Below, piece after piece: positions 10,301 through 21,374 of a stretch of DNA of 26,772 nt. The notes under the pieces are model-generated. The model worked only from the letters and a program-made list of their open reading frames with translations, was not told where the DNA came from and searched no databases. The number at the start of each line of letters is the position of its first letter. Position 1 is the first letter of the stretch. A program made the position numbers and the translations under genes. Origin of the DNA: Octopus sinensis. Its lineage: Eukaryota. The stretch covers positions 1 to 26,772 of the forward strand of contig NW_021834118.1 of NCBI RefSeq assembly GCF_006345805.1, read 5' to 3'.

Positions 10301-10706
10301 CTTACTTACTTGTACTTGTGGCGACATTCACCCTGGGCGGGTTGAGTCGGCTTCTTCCACCACCCTCGAGACATCGCAAACTATGGCAGTGGAAGAAGTT
10401 TCGTGGGAATATGAATTTCACAAGCGGTCCCCAACAATCCCGCTTGTAGAGACATCCTGTTTGCTGCAGATTGTCCGCAGACGCAGGGAAAGAACGACCG
10501 AGGAGCCGTCGGTTGCCGAAGCAGACACTCTGAGGATTTTCACCAGAGTCTCGTCTGCCAGGGGTGTGGCCCTAATACCACTCGGTGTCAGACCAATTCG
10601 CCTTGGGTGGCCCTACCAGGAACCGAAGTTCTCGACGGCATAGCTCTGACACTACCCGTTGCAAGCGTCCCCACCACGGTGAGGAGGTGATGGATTTGGG
10701 GACGCA
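10301..10706 (-). mobile_element. Complete 406-bp non-autonomous RTE-derived retroelement with a 15-bp TSD
   Basis: Perfect direct repeat aaattcgaaagatta at 10286-10300 and 10707-10721. The minus-strand 3' end is (AAGT)n, preceded by an RTE-like terminal peptide (AMSRGWWKK, cf. A.DR..WR). The 5' ~120 nt resemble the structured RTE 5' leader (cacc...cgtggtgg...gagctatg...cctggtaggg...cccaaggc). GC content is far above the flanks. Confidence 0.85.
10585..10705 (-). ncRNA. Putative HDV-like ribozyme fold at the element's 5' end
   Basis: P1 GUCCCCA (10703-10697) / UGGGGAC (10673-10667); P3 UCA/UGG around loop CCUCCUCACCG; P4 base CUUG/CAAG; J4/2 GGCGAAU with the candidate catalytic C at 10600; weak P2 CCA/UGG. 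Confidence 0.5.
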
Positions 10707-11715
10707 AAATTCGAAAGATTAAAAGTCAAGTAAGTAAAAGAACATGAAAATACAAGCCTATTGTATGTTGCTTGCAGAATTATGATATAATAAAACAATA
10801 AAATAGTAATTGCAAAGAAATTCATATAAAGCGAAAAGAGAATTACTAATGATTTTATTTCTTACATTTTTTCGGGGGAATCACCGAGATAGGTGGATGA
10901 TTCTAGCTATTTCGATAAACATTATATTTCAAGAGAAATAAATACAAGATAAACATATTCTTTCTTGGCTTTGCACTTAGCTCTCGGGCATTATTTAAAA
11001 TATACTGGAAAGCATTTTGAAAAACTGATGTAGGGTCTACGTGTAAGTCGTGTTTAAATATGCAAACTTGTAATACGCTTATGATAAAGAGCTTGTATCT
11101 TCTTTCAACTCCTTCTGCTTTCAGCTAGAATATGAAGCCATGTTGGATCACCGCATTTAGTGCAATTTGGATTGTTTCCAGTATTATATAATCTCTGTGT
11201 GAAAAGTCTGGCTGCATACACGTTAGCATATGTCCCGTGCATACAACTGACAACGCAGTTATATTTTATTCAGTGAGTTTTATTCAACCCATGTTTACAC
11301 GTGGAATTAGCAGAATCATTATTAACTTACGATGGATCGCAGGCGAGGTGAACAAATTAGTGAGAGAGATAGACTGGCAATACTTGCAGTCTTGGGAAGA
11401 GCTATCTGAGCGGAAAATTCGGTGATGTATTCAACATCAAACTCACGTTCGGCGTCAAATAGTTGACTGACGTGGTGGTAACAGATTCGTGTAATAAATT
11501 TTGTGTTTATTTTTGTCTCATAATATATATTTTTTCGGATGCAACCATGAAGTAGCAAGTTGGACAGTACTGATCTTTTTTACCTCCTGCTACGATGTGT
11601 GTTCTTTTGGTATCTGAAAAAAGAAAAAAAAAAACATCTCCAAGCGTTCATTGAAATCCTCAGCATCTACAACTCGCGAATCTCCTGGGTTTTTCGTTCG
11701 AATGTTGAACAGTTG

Positions 11716-11796
11716 TGAACTCAGCATGTAAAAAAAAAAACCACAGGAATTGCTGCGAAGCATTTTGTTTGACATGCTTACAATTCTGCCACCTTC
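11716..11796 (-). mobile_element. SINE family B head fragment, within a segment flanked by 19-bp direct repeats
   Basis: Minus strand gaaggtggcagaattgtaagcatgtcaaacaaaatgcttcgcagcaattcc...ctgagttca resembles the head of the 26333-26565 copy. cgaatgttgaacagttgtg occurs at 11699-11717 and 11856-11874. Confidence 0.65.
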
Positions 11797-11974
11797 AATA
11801 ATAGTAATATTAATAATCCTGTTTTATTATAGTCACATCTCCTAGGTTGTTGGTACGAATGTTGAACAGTTGTGGCATCTTTTCGGTTTGAATGGTAGGT
11901 TTTCTAGCGGTGTCATATGAAATTTTCACCCATAACTATGACCCTAGTATCGATCTATTGCATTTCAATCTATT

Positions 11975-12017
11975 TTAGGGTTATGGTAGTTAGGGTTTTT
12001 TAGGGTTAGGGTTGGGG
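11975..12017 (+). repeat. Short degenerate interstitial (TTAGGG)n tract
   Basis: ttaggg ttatgg tag ttaggg tttt ttaggg ttaggg ttgggg. Confidence 0.7.
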
Positions 12018-12451
12018 GAAGGGTATCTTTTTTCATTACGGTCACACACTTTCTGTTATGTCGTCCGCCGTTTGATATTGTCAAATACCTTGGCAAGACG
12101 AGATGCATAAATAGACATTTACAGATTTCGGTCTTTGAGCTAATGTCCAATTACATAGTCAAAATGATTATAAGCTCCATGAGGCATCGAGTATAAGCTC
12201 GTTCTTGCATCGTGGTAACCCACCTAATGTATATTCATATGTATATATATATATATATTTATGGGGGGTGTTCGCGATGCTGGACTACTAAAATCTACAA
12301 GTATTTTTCATCCTCTGTTTATTTTCATTGAGCGTAGGCTCAAAACGTAAAGGACTTTTCTCATTTTCCCAAGCGTCAAATTAATACACTTACTGTCTTT
12401 GTCATTTGGTTTTCTATGAATTTGAGTTATATATATATAATATATATCTAT

Positions 12452-12484
<33 letters not shown>

Positions 12485-12672
12485 GTATATGTGTGTGTTG
12501 TGTGTGTGTGTGTGGTGTGTGTATGTGTGTGTGTGAGTATACACATAAATTCTGTGTATGTGTATATATTTTTCGTATATAAGGTGCATTTATTTTCCAC
12601 AGGTATTCAGAAAAAGCGCATACATACATACACAAAGAAGTACATGAACACACAAGTACATGCAATCACACC

Positions 12673-12739
<67 letters not shown>

Positions 12740-12833
12740 TGTGTCAAGATTGAAAGAAAATTCACACGCCCTACAAATAAAAAGAAATAAGAATTCGATA
12801 TTGTTGTAGCTTAAAAATACATTACATGTATAT

Positions 12834-12864
<31 letters not shown>

Positions 12865-13276
12865 GTAGGAGAGAATGAGAGAAAGAGAAAAAGAGGGAAG
12901 AGAATGCTAAGTAGACAGATGGATATGTTCAGAGTTAAAAGCAACTATAAAAAAGATATGCAATTATCTTCGTCAGATAATTGGTTTGAGAATGGAAGAT
13001 AGGCGTCTTCACACTCTTACCATCTCATTCAGACGCAAATACATATGGTATTTTACATATGTTATATTAAAAAAAAAATTTGACTTGATGTTCTCTGTAC
13101 ATTCTAGTGTATGAGTGAAAGAAACATACGTCATGATTCTGAGTGATATATTGGTCATACGTTCACAAATCCTTGTCGCAAAATGACTATGCATTTAGGT
13201 ATAATAAGCAATTGCAACGGGCATCACAAAAGATTATATATATATATAATCACTCAGCTGGCAAAAATGAGTAACG

Positions 13277-13375
13277 TTGCGGTGGACTGGGGTCCCGTCC
13301 AGCTGGGGAACACATACACCATGGAAACCGGGAAACCGGGCCCATTGAGCCTGATAGGCTTTAAAAGGGCGCATT
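13277..13375 (+). mobile_element. Probable SINE 3' fragment of a third family
   Basis: gcggtggactggggtcccgtccagctgggg resembles the gcgatggactggc.tcccgtccagggg block I recall from several animal SINEs. There is no second copy in the window. Confidence 0.35.
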
Positions 13376-13615
13376 TATTATGCATTTATATATATTAATA
13401 TATATTAATATGTTGTAGAAGCAACACAGAGACCCAAGGACTAAGTGTTTCGAGCGTTGGCACCCACACACAAATATCTCAGACCTTGAGTTCTAAATTT
13501 CCAGTTTTCACCAATGTAGGATCAGTCAATACATCTGGAAGATTACAAAATTATTATTCATTAACAAGAATACCGTTGGCAGTGACCTCGAAAATTTGAT
13601 CAACTAAACCATCAT

Positions 13616-13653
<38 letters not shown>

Positions 13654-13695
13654 ATGCTAGATTTCTTATGTGAAGTCGTGTGTTGAAACAGATAC

Positions 13696-14000
13696 TGTTA
13701 TATTTCGTAATGATCATTTTGCCAGTTTGGCCAATAAATAGACGCACATAGAGATATAAGCATGCGCAAATGAAGACATGCAATAGAAATACAAAATGGC
13801 TGACGGTTAGTAAGGAGAGACACAATTAAGAAAGAAGAAAAGAAAGGACCACTGATGCGGTCACAGGAGTGTGACGAAAGAACTCTGGCCGAAATAAGAT
13901 TAAGATTAATGTAAAAACACTGAAGCAAAATAATACCAAATATATAGTTCGTGTGTTTTTATTAGCTAAACTGGCAAAATGACCATTCCGAAATATAACA
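13696..14000. mobile_element. MITE, 305 bp, with ~44-bp TIRs and TGT...ACA termini
   Basis: tgttatatttcgtaatgatcattttgccagtttggccaataaa (from 13696) pairs with tttattagctaaactggcaaaatgaccattccgaaatataaca (to 14000), 4 mismatches. Flanks are atac / atat, a possible 4-bp TSD with one change. Confidence 0.85.
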
Positions 14001-14001
14001 A

Positions 14002-14207
14002 TATTTACTACCCACAAGGGGCTAAACACAGAGGGGACAAACAAGGACAGACAAAGGGATTAAGTCGATTACATCGACCCCAGTGGGTAACTGGTACTTA
14101 ATTTATCGACCCCGAAAGGATGAAAGGCAAAGTCGACCTCGGCGGGATTTGAACTCGGAACGTAACGACAGACGAAATACGGCTACGCAGGTCGCCCGAC
14201 GTACTAA
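14002..14207 (-). mobile_element. SINE family B, lacking the 5' head
   Basis: Near-identical to 3436-3645 (gggctaaacacagaggggacaaacaaggacagacaaagggattaag...cgaccccgaaaggatgaaaggcaaagtcgacctcggcggg). Confidence 0.92.
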
Positions 14208-14282
14208 TATGTGAATGAATGTTCGCATGTGTATGAGTATTGTGTGCAGGTATACAATGAAACGAATATTCGAGTTCATGAA

Positions 14283-14545
14283 ATGCCATCCTTCGATTAT
14301 TCTCATAAAAATGTTCCGTTCTGATATTCTTTTCGGTCATGCTCAGGATATACAATATTTTGCAAAGTTGACAGCTATGGGTTTCTCTTTCGGAAGATGC
14401 TTGGATGGTACTTTCAAGAACGTTCAAACGACGTGCGCGTCCTTGTTCTGTTGCACCGTTTTTCTCCATTCTTTGTAGATAGACATGCCGTATTATACAT
14501 GGATAACAACTTCACTTTTTCTGTAGCGTCTCTGACGATATCAAA
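14283..14545 (+). pseudogene. Possible piggyBac-like transposase remnant
   Basis: Stop-free frame 14325-14570: ...IFCKVDSYGFLFRKMLGWY...DRHAVLYMDNNFTFSV. It resembles the piggyBac DS.GY motif and H.LYMDN.F/YTS around the second catalytic Asp. Confidence 0.45.
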
Positions 14546-15121
14546 TATATATTATTTACTTAAACCATAGGCGCACATACACACACACACACACACACGC
14601 ACAAATATACACACACCGATGGAGTTAGGACTATAGCGATTTTATCTACTAATATATATGCGTGTGTGTGTTTGATACGTATTTATACATTTATGCAATA
14701 TGGATGTATATATATATATTTTTTTCATATATATATGTATATGTATATACATATATATACACGTAGACACACACACACACACATACAAAGATATATTTTT
14801 ATATATGCATATATACATATTTCTTGCAGTGGCGGGTATATAATAACCAATCGAAAAGCTCATATACTCATACACACCAATATATATCTATATATATATA
14901 TATATATATAAAAATATACATAATATAATATAGTATAGTATGTACATATGTATGTATATATGAACGAATGTATGTACGCATGATTGTATGTATGTGTAGA
15001 CATGTATGTACGCATGTAGATGGTTTTCGGGGAAAAAAAGTGTTTAAGAGAGAGAACTTAAAGAACAGCAAATGTCATTGTACTATTATGCTCCGTACAG
15101 AAAAATGCATTTTAGCTGCTT

Positions 15122-15123
15122 CT

Positions 15124-15183
<60 letters not shown>

Positions 15184-15286
15184 AATGGAAAATTACAAGA
15201 AGAAAGAAAAGAAGACAGAAAAGAAAGAAAAAGAGGGTAAAGAAAACAGGAAAATTAACTTAAGTAAAATAAAAGCGACATAAAAC

Positions 15287-15349
<63 letters not shown>

Positions 15350-15445
15350 GAGAAGAAGAAGAAGAAGAAGTGGAAGAAGAAGAAGAAGAAGAAGGACAAG
15401 AAGAAAAAGAAGAAGTAGAAGGAAAAGAAGAAGAAGAGGACGACG
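15122..15445. repeat. (GAAA)n, (AAT)n and (GAA)n microsatellites
   Basis: Direct inspection. Confidence 0.95.
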
Positions 15446-15654
15446 AAGTGGAAGAACAGCAACAAAAACTAATACAAGAAAGTATTAAATAAATGCACAA
15501 AAAATAAGCAACTATTAAGAATTTCGAAGGAAACACGTGATCTATTGTCGATGAATGCAATTTTATATCGCATGTTCAAAAGATAAGAAGATAGGAGACG
15601 TAATAGAGCAAATATGAAATATTATGCGTGCGTCTATGTACATACACACAACCT

Positions 15655-15690
15655 ATATACGTACGTGTATATATATATATATCTAATATA

Positions 15691-15728
<38 letters not shown>

Positions 15729-16150
15729 CATACATATATATATATTATATATATTTATATATATATTAATATATATATATATATATATATATACTATATA
15801 TATAATGCACGAACATATAGGTGATAGATAATATAAAGATAATAATTAGATATATATACATATATATATATGTATATATATATCGGTGTGTGTGACATAT
15901 ATAAGTAAGTATAAGACATATATGTTATATAATATATAATATATATAATATATATAATATATATACATATATATGTGTGTGTGTGCCATATATACATACA
16001 AGTTATATACTCGGTGGCTATATATATATATATATATATGCTATATATAATATGCATATGTATATGTATATGTCATATGTTATATATATATATATATATA
16101 ATATCATATATATATATATATATAATATTATATATATATATATATATATA
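15655..16150. repeat. Long interrupted (TA)n array
   Basis: Direct inspection. Confidence 0.95.
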
Positions 16151-16214
16151 TGTAGGTCCCGGTTGATTCGGTTAACCACAGTAAATAGGTACTCAATACA
16201 AGCAGAGTAAAATT

Positions 16215-16342
16215 ATTTATTATATAGAAGGAGCTTCTACAGGACTAGAACATTTCATTCAAGATAAATCTTCAGAAGCTTCCTGAAGATTTCTCTTGAT
16301 GAAATTATTCTATCCTGTAGAAGCTCCTTCTATATAATAAAT
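16215..16342. repeat. 128-bp near-perfect palindrome; each arm carries a hammerhead-like core
   Basis: tttattatatagaaggagcttctacagga...aaatcttcag aagcttc ctgaagattt...tcctgtagaagctccttctatataataaa. Each strand reads CTGAAGA-short stem-GAAA-N8/9-TC-CTGTAG. Confidence 0.85.
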
Positions 16343-17382
16343 TTATATATATATATATATATATGTATAGCCACCTATGTATATAACTTTACATGCAGTA
16401 TGACTGTTGCATATTACACAAACGAAAGCTCTTGACTTCAGCATCGTACTATATACACATAATGTGCACATATGCGTCCGTGATTGTGTGAATGGTTGAA
16501 ATACTGTGAATGCGTTGTTCTTCCTTGTGTAACTTCTTGAGACCGTGCGTCTGTATTTCTCTGTGTGGCTCAGAATTCAGTTTCTCTTTGTATACGTGGA
16601 TATGTATATATGTCTAGTAAGATTGGTAGATACATACGTACATAGATTGCTCGATAGTACAGGTATGTACATACATATACACATTTATACATGTACACTT
16701 ATATATATATATATATGCATACATATATGGATACATATATATATATATATATAATAAATTTATATGGATATATAAACATATATATACGTTACATATATAA
16801 TATATTTACATAATATATGAATATATATATATATAGGTATATATATATATATACATATATACATGTATATATATGTGTTTTAGATCTCAAGAAGATATCA
16901 TACATATATATATATATGCATATATATATATATATATTTTTATGTATACATATATATGTACACTACAATATATATATATTTACATATATATATATACATT
17001 TATATACCTGTATATTATATGTTTGTATATGCCTTTATATGTGTATTTTTCTACATTTATAAATTTATATGCATATTTATATACGTGCGATGTGTATATA
17101 TGCGTGTCCGCACACGAACGTGAATATATATGTGTAAATGCACTTGTGCGAAGGTGTGTATATGTGTGAGAGACCGTGTGTGGTTTGAGTGTGTGTGAGA
17201 TTGTGTAGGGTGAGTGTGTGTGTGTGTGTAAGTGCCACCTGCACCGATGTGTTAATGACTATTGATTGGTTAATATATTTCACCATAGGAAGATAACATA
17301 CAGAGAAATGGTGGCGACGGGGGTGAGGAGTGGAAGGCGAGGCTGCGGCGACGATAGTCAGGGTGATTGACTTGACAGCCGA

Positions 17383-17426
17383 TTGATGTTGGTGATGATG
17401 ATGATGATGATGAGGTTGATGAAAAC

Positions 17427-17466
<40 letters not shown>

Positions 17467-18695
17467 GCGATGAAGACGATGATGACGATGATGATGACGA
17501 CGATGATGATGATGACGATGACGATGATGATGATGATGATGATGTTGATGATGATGATGATGATGAGATGATGATGATGATGATGATGATATGATGATGT
17601 TGATGATGATGATGATGTTGAAGATTACGGCGATGATTGTGATCGCGTTGATGGCGAAAATGATGATTATATTTATTTCACGCTCGTTTCGATGATAATG
17701 ATTGTGATGACAACGACGACGACGATGATGATGACTAAGATGATGCTTACGTTTATTTCATGCTCGTTACGATGATTTCAATGGCGACGAGAATGAGGAG
17801 AGCAAAGAAGTTTTGAAATGAGAATCGTTGGCGATGGCGTCGCCGATTGCGACCATCACTACCGACGCAATGGTGATGGCCATAGCAATAAGGAACATAA
17901 AGAATATGTTGTTTCTTGTTATTGACGACGATGTCGTTGATGATGATGATGATGATGATAATGATGATGGTGATGATAATGATGATGATGATAATGAAGT
18001 TGATGATGATGATGGTGATGATGATAATGAAGATGATGATGATAATGATGAAGGAGATGATGATCATGCTGGTGACAGTGGTGATGGTCATGGTGATGTT
18101 GATGATGATGATGACTAGGACGATGATGATGATGACGATGTTGATGATGGTGGTGGTGGTGGGTGCGGTGTTGTTGTTGGTGGTGGTGCGGATGATGATG
18201 GTAATGATGAAGATGATGATGGTGGTGGTGTGTGTGTGGTGATGGTGATGATCGTAATGATGATGGTGATGACTACGACGATGTTGATGATGATGATGAT
18301 GATGCTGACGATGATGATGATTATGATGTTGTTGGCGAAGGCGACGAGGAGAAGGAGAAAGACAAGGAAGAGATGTAAACGTTGCGTAAGTATTGGGTAT
18401 ATCACACTTCATGGCTTCGGAGAGCGGAATGGTGCTAATGATAAAGACGATCACGGTGTTAATGATGCTGATGGTAAGGGTGATGAGAATTAGTAGTAGT
18501 AGTAGTAGTTGCAGTAGTATAGTAGTAGTAGTGGTGGTGGTGGTGTTGGTGTTGTGGTTGTTGTTCTTGTTGGTAGTAGTAGTAGTAGTAGTAGTACTTG
18601 CGGTAGGAATAGCAGCGATAATGATATTGATGCCGATGCTGATGCTGATAAGGATGATGATGATGATGATGATGAAGATGATGATGATGATGATA

Positions 18696-18729
<34 letters not shown>

Positions 18730-18812
18730 CGGTGATGATGGTGATGATGATGACAGTGATGATGATGATGATGGTGGCGGTGGTGGTGGTGATGATGATG
18801 ATGAGGATGATA

Positions 18813-18859
<47 letters not shown>

Positions 18860-18920
18860 GATAAGCATGAGGTGACAGATTAGGAATAGGAGGAGGAGAA
18901 CTATGATGATGATGATGATG
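17383..18920. repeat. ~1.5-kb compound trinucleotide array dominated by (GAT)n, with GGT, GTT, TAG and GAC blocks
   Basis: Direct inspection. Register shifts break every long reading frame. Confidence 0.95.
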
Positions 18921-19244
18921 ACGGTGATGGAGATTGCGAATTTTAAAGTTCCTGGTCATGGCGAAGATCAAGTCATACGAATTCGATGACGATGGCAAAA
19001 ATCGCTGACGCTGACGCTGACGTTGACGCTGACGCTGACGAAGTCGAAAACGAAAAAAAAAAAAAAAAAAAGGAAAACGAAGACAACGACGAAGCTTAAC
19101 ATAAGTACAATGGCGAAGATCGTAGGACAGAAGAAATGAGCGGGAACAGGGAGAGGAACAGGAGAACAAGGGGAGGAGGAGCTATTGTAAGAGGAAGAGC
19201 AAGATTCTGCTGAAGAGAGGGCTGATGACAATGATGACGATGAT

Positions 19245-19248
19245 GACG

Positions 19249-19305
<57 letters not shown>

Positions 19306-19355
19306 GTCATTATTAATATATTATTATATTATTATTATTATTATCATTGTTATTA

Positions 19356-19392
<37 letters not shown>

Positions 19393-19514
19393 CATTATTA
19401 TTATTATTATTACCATTATTATTATTATTATCATTATTATATTTATTATCTTATTATTATTATTATTATATTATTAGTATATTAATTATTATTATCAGGT
19501 TATATCATTATATT

Positions 19515-19565
<51 letters not shown>
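19245..19565. repeat. (ATT)n microsatellite
   Basis: Direct inspection. Confidence 0.95.
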
Positions 19566-19822
19566 GTACTTTAAAGATTCTGATGGTGAGGATGCTTGCT
19601 ATAGCTATTATCTTTGATGTACTCTCTTCTCAATTGGTTGATAATTTTCTTAGCAGAATCATGTCTAGAATTGCGCTCCATTTCAGAAGGAACCAAATTG
19701 GAACTGACACTCTGACGTCACTCTTAATTATGAAGATTGTCTGGAAATGGAGGGACTCTTAAGTTAAATATCCTCACCTTATGTGTTTACGCGTGTGTAT
19801 TATATCTGTGTATATATATATG

Positions 19823-19877
<55 letters not shown>

Positions 19878-19904
19878 TATATATATATGTATATATATTA
19901 TATG

Positions 19905-19938
<34 letters not shown>

Positions 19939-19944
19939 TATACA

Positions 19945-20170
19945 TATATATCCATATATGTATGTGTATATATATATACACACACACACATATATTATAT
20001 ATACATTTATTACATCTTCTTCTGTCTCTGTGTGTGTCTTTATATTCTTATTTATTATACAGTATTCTTTGTATGTGCGTGGGTGCTTCGATCTTTGTAT
20101 GTACATATATGTATTTGTATGTATAATGTGTATGGGGATATATATATGTAGATGTGTGTATAAATAAATA
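19945..20170 (+). repeat. Microsatellite-rich repeat; inverted partner at 23095-23325
   Basis: The core 20019-20170 (cttctgtctctgtgtgtgtctttatattctta...gtgcgtgggtgcttcgatctttgtatgtac...gtagatgtgtgtataaataaata) has only a few differences from the reverse complement of 23095-23245. Confidence 0.85.
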
Positions 20171-20612
20171 AAATATAATTATATATTATATATATATATT
20201 ATATATAAGTATGTATAGATACATATATATAAACACGACGTATATGTATATATTTATATATGTGGCACGTGTGTGTGCCTATAGTCACGTACTAATGCAT
20301 CGATCTTTATATGCATACAACTTTGACCAACAGAGGAATCGTGATATATGCACCAGCATATTCATACACTAGCACGTACCGCTATAATGTATACATAATG
20401 TATATATCTATATGTATATATATGCATATATATGTGTGTGGTATGTTCGTGTGCGTTCACGTGTATATGTATGTCTGTATATACATATGTGTATATGCAT
20501 GTATATATGTATATATATATATATATTATATAATATATATGTATATGTATACTATATTTGTTCCACGTCCTCGCGCTGTTATGTTTTTTGTGCTTTCTTG
20601 TTTGGATTAACT

Positions 20613-20646
<34 letters not shown>

Positions 20647-20771
20647 GATATATATATATATAGATATATATTGTATATTTACCTTATTCATACATACATA
20701 GAATCATTTCTTTAATTTCCCGAAAGCAATTGTCCCTTATTTCCTGGAACCATTCTCCACTTTTCTCATAG

Positions 20772-21110
20772 GCTATGGTCCTGATAATATGCTCAAACAA
20801 GCGTATGACTTCCGGTCTTACATCCCTACTCAGATCCCTACATCCCTACACAAATTCAACAGTTATCGCTTCATTTTTAGCGCCCACATATACAACCGGC
20901 GCTGAGTTTCTCCCATCTCTCTTGACAAACTTTCTACGTTTGTCAATATATATGCTGTACGTTGCATGAAATGTTAACACGGTACGGATATAATGTGCTG
21001 AATATACGGATTAGCCCAGAAGACGAGTATTTGAAAAATTGGACGACGAAAGAACTGACACATTATAAGCCAAATGTGAATTTTGAAAATACCTGTTCGT
21101 GGTATTCTGA
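20772..21110 (+). pseudogene. Decayed coding sequence, probably an IS630/Tc1-like DDE transposase C-terminus
   Basis: YGPDNMLKQAYDFRSYIPTQIPTSLHKFNSYRFIFSAHIYNRR* then, after a frameshift, LHEMLTRYGYNVLNIRISPEDEYLKNW. This resembles DEM....F..W...QL.PNL...SVIVMDNA.YH followed by DEM...GH.VLRLPPYHPELNPIE..W. Confidence 0.4.
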
Positions 21111-21119
21111 TTTTCAATT

Positions 21120-21372
21120 ATTATTGTTGTTGTTGTTGTTGTTGTTCTTCTTCTTCTTCTTCTTCCTTCTTCTTCTTCTTCTTCTTCTTCTTCTTCTTCT
21201 TCTACTACTACTACTTCTTCTGCTACCACTACTACTACTCTAATTCTTCTTTTTCTTCTACTACCTCTTCTTCTTCTTCTTCTTTTTCTTATTCTTCTTC
21301 TTCTTCTTCTTCTTATTATTATTATTATTATTATTATTAGTAGTAGTAGTAGTAGTAGCAGTAGTAGTAGTA
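21120..21372. repeat. Compound trinucleotide microsatellite (TTG, TTC, CTA, TTA, TAG)
   Basis: Direct inspection. Confidence 0.95.
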
Positions 21373-21374
21373 TA

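Noticed and set aside
12394-12413. 20-nt minus-strand micro-exon with a strong gtaagt donor
   Set aside because: The acceptor is weak and embedded next to (TA)n; such a motif is expected by chance in 27 kb.
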